Below the pieces are notes generated by a model, which was not told where the DNA came from, searched no databases, and saw only the letters and a program-made list of their open reading frames with translations. The translations under genes and the position numbers were made by a program. This document shows positions 13,901-28,141 of a DNA stretch of 64,000 nucleotides, piece by piece. Source of the DNA: Balanoglossus misakiensis (lineage: Eukaryota > Animalia > Hemichordata); contig CM082586.2 in NCBI GenBank assembly GCA_040954595.2, positions 2,485,124 through 2,549,123 of the forward strand, given 5' to 3'. The first letter of the stretch is position 1, and each line of letters opens with the position of its first letter.

Positions 13901-16837
13901 GATACAATATACAGTATAAATATTTGTATTAGGTGAACAGGAGTTTTGGTGTACATAGGTATACAGTGAAGTGGTCCTGTGGCATATGACAGCAAAATAA
14001 TATCCTGTCATTTTTTCAAGGTTGCTATTCTCAACATAAACTGAGGTGTGTTTAGCTTGCCTGTTTATTAATGGTAGGACTGGTGCAATGCTCACGACAT
14101 GTTTCAAAATTGGAATTGCAATTGTGAAATTGTGACTCCTTGAATTCTTGGCATACAAGGAAAGAGGGAAGCAATCTTTGCCTTTGACAGAACGGCAAAT
14201 GTTAGCACTTGAGGTATTCTACATTATAATTACCTACTTTTATTGAGTGCATGCCAATTTACCAGGTTATCAGACCTGCAAAATTAGCCACCTGTGTGCT
14301 CACAAAATGTCATTTCCACAAACCTTCTCGGAGGTGGGCAACACTTAATTAAATATTCATGTTGTTTCCGTCGTCCAACAATAAAATATCTTCTATGTCG
14401 GAAATACACTTCCATGGAGGAAAGAATACATGTAGATGAAACATTGGCAAAATTTACAGCAGTGCCACAGAACAGCTATAGCTAACACAGTGCAGTAGTC
14501 TATCAATGATTTCTGAATTTTTGCCCAATTTACAAGACATCAGCCACTTACTGCGAGTAAAGAATTCCTTGTACGAGTATTAAAAACAGAAAACAAGAGA
14601 CAACAAAAAGACTACAAAGAGACATTCCAACAGCGTGTTGTGAATTGACTCAAAGATGGTTGAAAAACAGTAGCTGGGAGAAAGGAACGCAAACATGCAA
14701 AAACAAACACCATTGAAGGAGTTGTCTAGTCCAGCAGCAATGGGCTATCCTTCAGTTTTATTGACTTTTACAACGCTGATCCAACAATAATCAAAGGGTC
14801 GGCAAGTGAGCAAAGAATCTACAAAAGAATGAAGAGGACCTCACTAAATGGCGCCCATGGTGCATTGACTTGCAGATATCACACCCTTCTTTATAAACTT
14901 CACTTTTAGTACCAAGCCTGTTTGACACATTAACTTCGTTCAGCAGACAGCAATCATGTTGCTTTTAAAACGCAGAATTTGTACTTTCTGGGAAAACTTT
15001 AAGAAGGTGCAGTCCCTCATACAAGATAAAGAAACATTATACAGTATTTCAAGTGAGTAAATTTAACTACATGCTGGCAATAAAGATCACAATAAAACAC
15101 ATCATATCGTCTCAGAATACAATATTGATTGGGGAAGTTTTCAGCAATTTTCTGACAAAAGATAAAAAGCGCTTACGCATTCATGTCTGCTCGTCTTCCC
15201 TAAAACGACAAAGCGCTAATCAATATTCCGCACATATAAAGTATATTGATTACCCTCTGTGTGCTGTTTGAAAACCGACAGTCCTGTCCTTAAATTATTG
15301 GACGTGGTGATGACACTAAAATGAGCGCCAGTTTCCATTATGCGAGTAATAAAAAGCAACATGTGTATATCTACACACGCTGACGTTAATAGGATGAGTT
15401 GCGACAGAATTAATATCCGGTTTTTCTGTCTATGGAAAATATCGTATTATTCTCTATGGAAACAAATAGTGCCATGCAACAGGCCGGCGTTCAATTTAAA
15501 TGAGTGATAGTCCTAAGGGCCATACAATAAATGGGTAATGTAAATTAACAAGCAGCGTTAATACAGTACCACGCGGCTAGCTCTGATCCATAAAATAGGA
15601 AAATGTATCCTCATTGAAAAAATCCAAAGCCACATATGTAAACGGTAATAACATGTAACATTTTAAAAATTGTATCACTGTTTCTAGAGTGTCAAAATGC
15701 TATTTGACGTTGTTCGATTCATGTCACCCGTTCTTGTGAAAGGAAATTGGTACTTCAGCGCAGCCGGAAAGGGGAGAACGGGAAAAGGGCATTCCATGGG
15801 AGGGAAATGAAATATTCCGTAAGTGCAAATGAACATATTACCTTCCGTACTATATGACGGGATCCTGTTGCATGCAAGAGACAGAATTCCATTAGCACAG
15901 TTTGTCGCAGTGTCGCACTTTTATCAACGGTCTGACTGTTTAGTGTACGGAAACCAGCTCAACATACTTGACTCCCTAACCGTGTACAGCTTCACAACGC
16001 AACGTTTCGTCTGATCACAAAATCCCACATACCTGACATCAGATAAACACCCAAATCCGTCTTACGGTCCCCGGGACTTAGACGCTCATTCCAGACAGTT
16101 TTTCGGTTGAGCAATCCACACGACCAACTAACACCCTCATTCCGCGCGGCTTTCGATTAAGACCCACCGAACAGTGGACGCCTCCCCATTCGATAGCGTA
16201 AAGCTGTTTACACTAAGAATCGGCTTCGCCAGTCTCAATGCGCCCCCAGGATTAACCTCCGTGTTTACGTAACTCACAGCCATTCTTACGGCCCCGATCA
16301 GCCGCTTGTTGCCATGGCAGCTATACAGCCGTGTAATTGATTATCTATAACGGACAAGTTGTATTGATAGCACCTGTTGATACGTTCTTGTGATTATCTC
16401 TCTATTGATGAAACTTCAATTGTTTTTTGGGGGAAAACAATAGCGTCTTCCTTTAGAATTGGGGCATCGTCACATAGTGTCTGTGGGGTTAGTGTTGGGT
16501 ATACAGGGGAATTTTGGCACGGTTGGAAACAAAAACCTGTGAGTATAATCAGGGACTTGCTTAAATCCTTGGGCAACACAGAGACCCAAACAAACACAGA
16601 CTCAGTGGCAGACGCAAGTGGCGTAGAATTTTCATGGTGGCGCAGTTTTGTCTGGGACATCCAGTTTGCCATTTCACTCAGAGTGGTGTCCAAGTGCGCC
16701 AAAGTGCTCTTGACTGCTCCTAGATAAAAGGTCTTATTTTTGACACCTTTCTGTGAAGACCCATCAATGAAGTGAGTCAAGTACACGAGGAACTGCATAA
16801 ACATATGCACACCACACATACATGGACAACATACAAT

Positions 16838-16883
16838 AATTTTATAATTTCACATTTATATCTAAATGTGAAATTATAAAATT
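16838..16883. repeat. Perfect 21-bp inverted repeat (hairpin, 4-nt loop)
   Basis: aattttataatttcacattta-tatc-taaatgtgaaattataaaatt; the arms are exact reverse complements. Confidence 0.9.
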
Positions 16884-19800
16884 GTAACACTTCAGGATAA
16901 TGAGAGTGTCACAAACTTCCTTGACACAAGGCTACACACCTTTGATGTTCAAATGTCATCAACATGGACTAGGAAATTTTTACTTTCTGCAGAGACATTA
17001 ATTAGACATTCCCAAGTGGGATTAAAGATGTGTGAATAAAGTATTCTAAGTGTCAGTAGTACAAATACGGAAATTAACAATTTACGATCCGAAACATGAG
17101 GTGTGATAAACATGATAGTATAATTTCACCAGGAGGCGGCTGCTGTCAAGTTGAAGTGTGCAAACACTACTCTCTCAATCCCCTAACATTCAACAAACCT
17201 ACCTGCATTTACATACCAATTGTCTGACAATCTCTTCATTGTAAACTTCAAAGTACCTATTTAATCCCTGATAATTAGCTTTACTACTGTTTGAAAAAGA
17301 CAGTGTTTTGTGGTGTTTTTGTTTTCCCTGAGGGTTCTTCAAACCAGAGAACAATGTATGGAATTAATTACTGGGCAGTGACAACTTTTTTGTGGTCATT
17401 TTTGTGGCAAATCACTGACCGTTGATGAGGATGATAAAATTCTATTAGCAGTGCCCTGTAATTTCCATTAATTGTTCTCTGGGTATGGTGTGTCATGATC
17501 AACTTTGCCAGACATAACTGCCCCGATTGGTCAATGAAACGTTGAAACCAATGGGGTGAAAGTATTGAAACAAATGAAAGAAACTTACCTGTGTTTTAAA
17601 GTTCTATAGTCAACTTTGAAAGTTGTCATTGACATGTATAGAAAGAGTTAGTCCTTTCACACTGCAGAAATAACAAGAAAGAGAGAAACGGACATTGTTG
17701 AGAATAAGAAATATACACAATGTGTATTCTTAGTTGCCAAATACCACACACAACTGGCAAGAAGAAAGTTGATGCTCAACATGGAAAGATTTGTACTCTA
17801 GATGTCTAATGCCACAGTCTACTTGAGTGTGTGCTGTGTGTTATTTTTCTATAGTACAGTTTGTTTCTGCTATTTCATTCAATTTGGTGGGTTTAATCGT
17901 CGCAGGTACCGTAATGTGCTCACCTGGTGAAGTCAAAAGGGTTAATTCGAGTGGAAGTGCACAATTTCTGTACTCTCAGTCGCAAACTGCAAACAGCTAT
18001 TCAGTCAAGTCATTTAACTGTACTTAATTGCCGACAATCACTCACACATAAAAAGCCACCCACAATAGAGAGAGAAAACTTCAAACTGACTATCATTGGC
18101 CTATGTTTTGTGAATTGCACGAACAAACCATTTCACAAGAAAATGCGGGTTGTTTTTTTGAGCAATTGCTGCCAAATGAGCTGTTACTTGAATAAAACGT
18201 CACCCAAGTGCGACATTTCTAACGAAACCACGACATCCGCTCTGTGTTTGGAATATCTCCGTGGCAGAAAATTGCTCATGATAATAGCTGCACTTAAGTT
18301 TCTTTTCTATTGAGGTTTTTAGACCCAGTAAAATGGGCAAATACCACTTTGCCGATGATCACAATTGACTGAATGGATTCCGTACAAAAAGGACTGTTGT
18401 TCTCTGTGTGTGTGACGTGGTGAAGAATGAAAACACTCCTACTCATAACAATGGTTAAGATCACCATGCTCCAGTATTGCTTTTACTAAAGCAAAACCAT
18501 TCACCAGACAACAGAAAGTAATACATATTTCACTAAAGTTTTTAAGAAAAATTTTCCATGTGCTATAGGATAAGAAAACATGTTCTTAAAAAGCTCAAGG
18601 CAGACAATTTGTAAATTCATGTTACAGTCCCCGGCATTCAGCGAGGGCACATATCATGGTTACACATACAAAACAAACTTTTTTTATTCTACATCCAAAA
18701 TTCCATGTATCGAACGGATTAACCCCCACAACCCCACATGAACCCTCCTGGCCTTACTGTCCCCAGCGAGAACATACCATTTTAGATTTATGGTGGGTGG
18801 GAGCAGGTAATTGCCCGTAATTGCTTTGAATAGGCAAGCCCTAATCTCCGTTACTTTGAGGTGAGCTATTAATATTATTGCTCACATAGTTGGATACACA
18901 GCTAACAGAGTATCGTGACCCTGCCAGCAATAATACTAGCGTCATTCAACATGGATATTTAATGGCAACGTTTTATGACTGTGTTACTTGTGAAGGATTT
19001 TTTCTGTCATCAACATTCCGATAGGCTTGTCAAGCAAACTGGCGATCGTAAAAAGAAAGTTCAATATTGCAAGCTTTTCCACCACATTGCCATAGAAACT
19101 AATCTAAAACGGTTGTTGATTTCACTTGTGCTGTGTCATGTCACGGTACCCGTAGCTTGGTAACCGAGACAGTTTGTATAAAGTGGCCACCATTGTGTTG
19201 GCATTATACGACCTTCACATCGGAGCATTTTACCTTTTCAGAGGTGAACACAATAGAAAAACTGCTAAGTTCTAGTGCAATTCAATGGCAATTCTTGACA
19301 ACTGCTTGCGGTCATGCGACTGAATGCGCAAACAATGGATGGCTACTGAACTTTCTTCCATATCAACCTCTAAATCATCTAAATCGTTTCTGAGTCTTTC
19401 TCCTCAACAAAACTGCCACAAGTACCACTAGACCCGACCAGCATTTTCTTTCATTGCTGCCAAAATATGTTCAGTTTGAGCATCGTGGATGACACTCTGT
19501 TATTGTTTGGTTTTAATCAACAGATCTCGCTCATATCAGATCGGTATACCAGCTTGATAACACACAACAGCATACTGACAGAAAAGCAATCTGACCAATC
19601 TTGAAAAGGACATTCCCAGACATTATGGCACTGATAGGAGATCATGTACGGTTTACTTGAAGCGAACCCGTGCATATACAAGGCAATAAAAAACCCATTG
19701 CCCTCTGAAAAGAATTAGCCCATTATAATAAAAAGGCCTATGTCTGAACACCCTGAAAGGACTGATAATAAACCGTCTTCAATTCTTTCATGCTTTACCC

Positions 19801-22607
19801 TGTTTTGTGTGTTTTTTATGTACAGTCACTATGGTATACTGCACACGTATTTTCCCCTTTAAAACATGGACAGACGGGTATCAATAGAACAACGATTTTA
19901 TGTATGGCAGACCAGTTGTCGAATACTGAGCACATACAGAAGGCAACTGGGTCAGAGATGGCGACTCTTGTACCAAGCAAATGATAGCAGTGTCATATCG
20001 TTACAATGTACACACCTGCCCGTACTAAAGTCTCAGACTGTTTCCCAGTTGTGTGAACGTTCAGTTTGCTTGAACGCTTGCTTTCTCAGTAAAAGCAGAT
20101 CGTACAAAACTGACAGTATGGTCGACGACCATACCCAGAAACTCACCTGCTTGTCCTGTTTACGTGTGTCAGACTTGCGGCCTTGGCTTTGTAGACAACC
20201 TGGTGGCGTTGGTCGTTAGTGGAGGGTCAGTTGACACGATATATATCACACGGTACAGTAAACACTTGTGAGCTGGACAATCTGACAGGACGACCACAGC
20301 TGTAGGGAACAACGCGTTAATCGTTATACCTGTGTTGGCACCAATGGTGTATCAATGGTTGGGTGTGTAGAATTGGACCAAGGGCGCGATTTGCCACACA
20401 CAAGTTTGATGGCAAGTACACGGAAGTAGCGCAATGGTCCTGTTTAACTGTACCTCTATTCGACACGCGGGTTGAATTACTGACAGGTCATTCTGTCAAA
20501 GCAGGCAGCGTACATATCTGACTGCAGGCACTCGATCGGCCACCTCCCCTTTACATTCCAACAGCACACGTACACACTGCAAACTCACAATACCTCAGCA
20601 CATACCAGCCGATTGTCATTGATCAGAAAAACTCAGGATGTCCATTCAAGATGTTTTCTCTGTTGTTTGTCTGTCTATCTCGGCACAAACAAACGGAGGA
20701 GTTTCCACTAAAAAAACAAGAGGAAAAAAAATTGTTATTTTGGACTTTGTCATTTCACTTCACCAAATAAATCTACGGAAATCATGTCATTGGTGTAAGC
20801 AAACTTACTGTGCCAATAATTGACTACCTACAACTTCACTTTGCGATAACAAAGTCAATAATTCTAAAACTTTGTCAAACATATCATAGACAGCATTGAT
20901 AAAGACAATGTCTTGCACTTCAACTTGTACAAAGTACAACTTAAGAACAGATCCCTAAATAAATTTCTAACTGACTCGAGTTCTGGGCTCTGGGCTACTG
21001 ACCAAAGCCCTTGCCTCTACGTGCACTGTAACTGCACAAATTGCAAACGTGGACTGGGGCACAAAAAAGTTGTGGCTGGTCTATTTGTTGTTTCTGTTAA
21101 AATCAGCTAATGTGTGAAAACAAACAGCCCCTGAGAAAGGGACTCTGTTTGCTTGGCACAGAGGTACAGTAACCATAAGGCCTTCGTAACCATCAAAGAA
21201 ACAATGTCTAACACACAAGAAGTGTCAATGCTTACACAATCACCTGTTACACCATAGAAAGTAGTGAAAGAGACTTTCTACTGTCTATATAGTTTACACC
21301 GACATTCACTAGACTCTTGACATGTTGTGTAACACTGATCTAGCTCTATACAACAGGTTTCAGAACATTTTTCGGATACATTTTTACTTTTTTATGGTGA
21401 CTTTTGTCCTCCTGGCAAAGTTTCAGAGTGAGAGAGAAAAAAACAGAGATGAAAAAACATGATCAGAACTCTCACATTGAATGCTATAGTAAAATTGGTA
21501 GAAGTTTTAAGTCTCTTGGACCATTGAGATGTATGTATACAGTTGCCATGACAACAAGCCAGACAGATCTACGTGTACTTTCAATATAACTGTTGAAACT
21601 TTTACTTTCATTCTATGAAAGTAATCCACTTTGTGAAGATGTGACAGAAAAAGGAAAAGTGACCTCAGGTTTTGTCAAACAAAAGAAAAAACGACACCAG
21701 AATGTAAAAACGCGTTGCGCATTACTTTATTATGAAAAACAATCTGGCATGCACGAAGACTCACTAAAAATCAACAACATTTACTGGGTCATAGTCCATT
21801 TTCATTGGAGAACACTGACCCTGATCAAACTTCCAAGTATTGTGTTGCAGATGTTTACGCGCACACATACAACTTGATTTTGCGTCAATGAAGAGTTTTG
21901 TTAATGACGCAAGTCATGAACTTAATGATTAAAAGTACAGGCAAGAAGAATTTGACTCACGAACACGTAACTTTTTATATTTTCTAGTTTCATGAAACCG
22001 ACATGAAGAAACCGAATAATGCGCCCTCATACAAATCAAATATAAAAAACGTGAATGAAATCGACATCAAATTATCATTTCGCACTTTCCGAGATTTCTT
22101 TTCGGTTTTATTTTTATCTTACAGTGTAACTTGAGCAAAGAATAATCATTGTGTAATTTGATTTGAAAATTCAGTCGTGATAAAAAGTTGTGTATGTCGC
22201 ACAGCGGGAGAGCCGAAGGCCAGCTCAGGTTTCACGACAGCGCTTGGTATCGATATCAACTAATTTACGATGCGCGGTTTTTTTGCCAACACCTCCTGAA
22301 TGACTGAATTACCAGCAAATATAACGTTCTTTTTAGCGCTATATACAGGCGTAAACAACGGTCACTCGGTCTACCATTGTTTACAAACATCCTTGTCAAT
22401 TTCCATTGATAAGAAACAAAAGCTTATAAGAACAAAGGCCATGCAAAAGTTTTGTGACGCGATACGACGGCATGAACTTGGAAAAAAATCATGAATCACC
22501 GCGCGCAAATTATTACCTCTTCCAAAATTGTGTCCTGTTTTTTAACGATTAAACATACATATCTGTGACTCAAGTGTATTAAGTCAATAAATTAAAAATT
22601 ACATTAC

Positions 22608-23068
22608 CTTGATGAATTTCTTTCACATGTAAATAACCAATCTTAGAGGTGTGAACGACTTGATTTTGATGCAAATTTGTATTCACCTCTACTTAGTTTC
22701 TTTCGGGAGATACCATTATGTGTGTTATGTGAAAGAATGCTGCTGAACCCAGGGGTGTGCTGGTACATAATTAGGGTGAAGTACTCCGCAAACGTACTTA
22801 TTCTTTTGGATCTTGTGGGAAAGTATGTGGCAGACGACAAACGAGACAAAATGAAATATTCACAGTGTACAAAGCACGGTGACTGAGTGAAAAGTCATAT
22901 ATTCGCCTGGGGTTATTCACCCCCGCAACTCCATGGTTCTCTACCCTTTCAAAAGGAATGGTTTTATTTACTAGTAGTCACATGATATTTGGGCGCAGCC
23001 ATATTGAAATATCGAAAAAATATCTTGGCGAAACTGTCTCCATAAAATTAGGTATATTTGAGCCAAAG
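22608..23068. promoter_or_regulatory. Probable bidirectional promoter: minus-strand leader exon (donor at 22607) and ATP6V1H 5' end
   Basis: A minus-strand AAG|GTAATG donor at 22608/22607 lies ~460 bp from the ATP6V1H ATG. Inferred from geometry only. Confidence 0.45.
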
Positions 23069-26000
23069 ATGTCGTACCAACGACTTGAGCATGCAATCCA
23101 AGGAAGCCTTGATGCCGATGGAGAAGATCCCGGCAAGAATTTACAAACTGCTACAAGTCTTTTAGCGGCACAGGCCAATGAAGTACGGGCACATCGGGTG
23201 AACTGGCAATCATATCTACAGTGAGTGAATTTCATCATATTGTAATTATTACACTTATATTAACATTTGTATTTTAAATGTTTTAAAATATTGTCATATA
23301 TATTCTCACCAATGTTATAAAAAGAACACAATAATTGTGAGATGTATTGGTTAAAATTGTACCCAATAAGGTAGCTGGTGTATCCGAGCTACTACTTTAT
23401 AGTGGGTTATATTTGTCAGATCAATGATCATATTTGTATTTGTATAATTGACTATGATTTGATATATATTCCTGTCTGATTATGATTTGTATATATTCAT
23501 TCGTGTTTCTCATCTTATTTTTCTCTTCAATATAGGGCCCTGAGCAGGTATACTCCCAAAGTTATTTATAAACGTTATATATGTTCTGTTTCTCTAACTT
23601 CCTACCAGCATGTACACAATTATGATAATCGTTGATTATTAATAGTTAGAGGTTCATGTAGAGGATGATTTAGAGGTACATTGGTCATACACTCATTTCA
23701 TCTCCACCACACACAAAGCTGCGAAGTCTACATATCCACCATCACTGAGATGTATGGGCAGCATTGGCCGTTTTATCATGATCATTTCCATGGGCAAATC
23801 TTTCGTCTATTTCATATTCACTTCCCTGTTGAAACATCTAACTCTTTAGAACAAATCTGATGTTATAACCTAGTAAATTTTGCTCTGATCTCTTCTAATA
23901 TTACTACAGCACAATATAAGCATCTTTGTAAGCACAAAACTTGGGGATTATTTTGCCATAAATACAAGTTCAATGTGAAATCAAACAGGCCATTGTCAAA
24001 TTGCTGAAAACAACCTTACACTGTGTGAATTTATTGCACTCTATTTTGAGTGATCATATTGCTGAAAGAGATGTGTCAAAATTGAAATTTGCTCTCAAAG
24101 ATTTGTCTGACATGGAATATAAAACAAAATGGGGTGATCCCTGCTGATAAGCTTGTCTGCTTTACCCTCTGTACACCATTGATATCACTGGTGACCATGG
24201 TGATGGGAAAATGTCTAAGGACTAAAGCAATCTATGCTCATTATGGGGCTAACTTTGTACCTGTTTATTAGTATTAAATAATGCATGTTAAACGATTCTC
24301 TTTGGTATTTGGTCGGGGTTATTTAACTTTTTTACTGAATATTTCTATTGTGGGATTTTAGGTAAGGTTTATTGCTATAAATATGCAATGACAAAACTAG
24401 TTATCAAATTTGCTGAGAGCACTCACATGACTCACGGTGTCCACAAGTCTAGGGTAGTTTACGCAAAATAGCAATTTCAAGTTCTATACTTCAACAGTCA
24501 CTAGTCTTTTTGCTGTAATGTTCTTTTCTGAATATGTTAAATTTCAAGGTGAATATCTTATAAAATGTCTACAGTAATACTTATGAACTTTAACCTCTTG
24601 ACCTTTCACACTTGCCCAGACAGAGAACTGCAGTTGTAACAATACTCAGTGTTTTTTAATGGTTCTGTTAATACTTTTAATTCAGTAATTGTTTTAATTT
24701 AAAATTGAGAATTTAAAGGAAAATAATTAAGCAAAAATTTGTTTAGGTGATAATTCATGTTGTGCCATTCCATCGTTCAGGAATAAATAATTCATTGTCA
24801 AATACACTTTTAAATAAAAAGAATTCAATGTAAATGCACTTAAAATTGTGGTAAAAGAAATCTTGAAAAACATAAAATAAATGTCTGATTGAAAAATGTA
24901 ACATTTTATCCTTGAAAATGTAAGCGGTATATGTGTCATATAATATTTTCTTCTAAGTTTCTTTTTAACAGAATTTTCAAATTATCAGAATGTTGATGTA
25001 CTCTTAAGAACCTGAACAGAGCTGTAACACATGATGTATATGATTTTACCAACAGAGGGCAGATGATCTCGCAAGAAGAATTCACCTTCATTCGTGAATT
25101 CGACAATGCCACCAGCCCCGAGCAGCGCGACCAGATACTAAAGCGCCATGGACCGTCCGCTGCAAAGATCTTCCTCAGTCTCATGGGTCATATCTCCAAA
25201 GACCAGACTGTGCAATACATTCTGACCATGGTGGATGATATGCTGCAGGTAAGAAATCTTAAATACAGTCAAAGATATTTTCCTAGTTCTTCCACTTTCT
25301 TGATATAATTCCTGTATTTTTATTTCAATACAGGAAGATCATGACAGAGTGTCCATATTCTTCGAACATGCCAAGAAGGCTAAGACCACGCCCTGGGGTC
25401 AGTTTCTGAATATGCTGAACAGGCAGGATAAATTTGTTATCAACCAGGTGAGTATAGTAATAGGGCAATAAACTCTAGTAATTTCCATGGTCAGTCCATC
25501 AGTGAGTGTTTATTGCCTATTCTGAAACATAAATAATCTTTATCCCTACTGCCATCAGGCTGGTAGAGTGATAGCCAAGCTGGCTTGTTGGGGTAAAGAG
25601 AAGATGGGAGGAAATGATCTGAACTTCTACTTTTCCTGGATTCGTGGTCAGCTGACTGCCCCTGGTAACGACTACCTGTGTGCATCAGCTGGGTGTCTTC
25701 AGATGATCCTTAGGTATAATGTCTACAGAGAGGCGTTCATGGAAACAGAAGGCCTGGGAACGTGAGTATAAGACAGGGTTGAAAAGAGCATGGAGATATG
25801 CAGTGATGAACCATACAGTTCAAAGAGTGTAGTGCAGACTTAAAAAAAAACATTTGTCTTTTTTGAATGTGTGATTCATCATTTCATGTGACATTGTAAT
25901 TCATTTCAGATTGGTGTCGGTGCTGGCGACTCGCTGCGGTTTTCAGATCCAGTATCAGCTGACGTTCTGTATTTGGATGTTGACATACAACGCCAAACTT

Positions 26001-27498
26001 ACAGCTCTGGTCAACAAGTAAGGATCATAAGCCTTTCACCCCCTTTTCTCAATAAATGGATCCATCCATTGTATATAGAAACTACAGGGTTGTACCACTT
26101 TGAATACTGAAATGGCAGCTTTTTTTTCATCGTTTCAGATTCAACGTCACCCCTGTGTTAGCTGATATCCTTCACGAATCTGCCAAGGAAAAAGTCACCA
26201 GAATAATTCTTGCCACATTTAGGGTAAGTTGACCATAATTAGAGTTTAGAATGGAGTCTTTGTTTGTAGCTTGTGACCAGATGCACTGTGGAACTTGCTG
26301 TTTTCATTTATCATTCCATTTGTTATCTGATTAACACTGCCTTCTCCTACTTCGACAGAATTTACTAGAAAAACCAGAAGAGAAGGAAATTGTGCAAGAC
26401 AACGCTCTCGCCATGATTCAGTGCAAAGTTCTGAAACAGTTGGAAGTGTTAGAAGGACAGAAATTCGAAGACACTGACATCACGGATGATATTGAATACG
26501 TCTCTGAGAAGTTAATGGAGAGTGTTGAAGGTCTCAGGTAAGCTGGCCAATCAGGATGGACCAGAAGAGGTCACATGATCAAGACTCAGGATCAAGGGCC
26601 CCATGGATTGTATAGTTTATGCTGCTTCTGTAAAATATTTTCAATCTCCACACAGTTCGTTCGATGAATACTCGCAGGAAGTCAAGTCGGGGCGATTGGA
26701 ATGGAGTCCCGTACACAAGAGTGAGAAGTTCTGGAGAGAGAATGCTGCAAGACTGAACGAGAAAAACTATGAAATGCTCAAGTAAGAATAGAAATTTATT
26801 TTTACATGATCTCAATCGTAACTAACTACTCACTAAAATCTGCTATTGAAACACACAGGACAATTGTGATCCAACTTAGATTATGGTCAAAGTTAACATG
26901 TTTAATTAACTAGAGTGAATCCTGCATATAAACAGATGCTCTTGATGTCTGTATTCCAGGATTTTAATCAAACTACTAGAAACTTCCAAAGATTCACTGG
27001 TCTTGGCAGTGTCAGCCCATGATATTGGAGAGTATGTCAGACATCACCCCAGGGGAAAACAGTAAGTCAAATGCATACATATATTGTTCTTCTACTGTCT
27101 CTGTGATTTAAAATACTTCATTTTCAACAGTTCTTATTGAACCTCTCACACACTGTGCAAGTTGTACGCTGCTATTCCATCGTCTTTTTTTCCCCAGCAA
27201 TATTGAACAGCTTGGTGGTAAGGAGTTAGTTATGACGTACATGGGACACGAGGACGCCAGTGTGAGATACGAAGCACTTCTGGCTGTGCAGAAACTGATG
27301 GTGCATAACTGGTAAGTCACACTCTACCCTTCTTTCAATCCTGCCCCCCCCCCCCTCATATTGGTTCAGTCCAGGTGCCATTAATGAAACTATGTACTAT
27401 TTCAGAAATTTCCACCTGAACTTGTAAACTAAACTTTGTCATGTATCTTTTTTATTCCCAGGGAATATCTTGGAAAAACTCTTGAAAAACAGAACTAA
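23069..27498 (+). CDS. ATP6V1H: V-type proton ATPase V1 subunit H; 11 exons (23069-23220, 25056-25248, 25334-25447, 25559-25761, 25910-26017, 26139-26223, 26359-26537, 26656-26781, 26960-27061, 27198-27311, 27462-27498)
   Basis: Signature peptides [113 protein letters not shown]. All junctions are GT-AG and phase-consistent; AATAAA at 27935. Confidence 0.97.
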
Positions 27499-28121
27499 AG
27501 AATATGTGTGGTGTAAATATATGTAGAGCTTATTTCTAGAAGGATTCATATTGTCAGCTGCTGCAATAGTGACAGTGTAGTGCTTTCTTTCCCCATTTCC
27601 TTGTGGAGTGTGCTGGTCTGACCAATGGGGACTTGTTAATTGGACAATCCCAAAAACTGTAGGGGAACTAGGTTGAAATGTCAAGGGGATATATCTTTTG
27701 GATCTATTTCAGTTTATGGAAGTAATGTTTCTTGACTAATGCAATGGGAAAATATGGTTCTTGTAACTTCAGACACTTGTATGAGAGTGGGGCCATTATG
27801 AAAAGGTAGCTGTATTTCTGTAAGTGTGTTTGTTTATTTGTTTGATTGTTGAGACAGTGAGAATAAGTAAGTTAGAAAGAGAATGGGTTGAACTTGAAAG
27901 TTTTTTTTCAACCACTACAAAGTTGATATGTAGGAATAAAAAGCAAACAAAGCCATGACAATGTTATATCCTGACTATACAAGTATATTACCTATCTCTT
28001 ACATGTGTTGTTAGAACGAATGTAATATATATATATTTCATGTGAATATGCAAAATTTATCCAATTTTGACAATAAATTGTCATGATGAAGAAAGTGTCG
28101 AGCGCTGTCCTATTGATATTA

Positions 28122-28141
28122 CCCCCCCCCCCCCCCCCCCC
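28122..28141. repeat. Poly-C homopolymer (~20 nt)
   Basis: Run of C directly visible; a shorter run sits at ~27343-27356 in an ATP6V1H intron. Confidence 0.9.
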
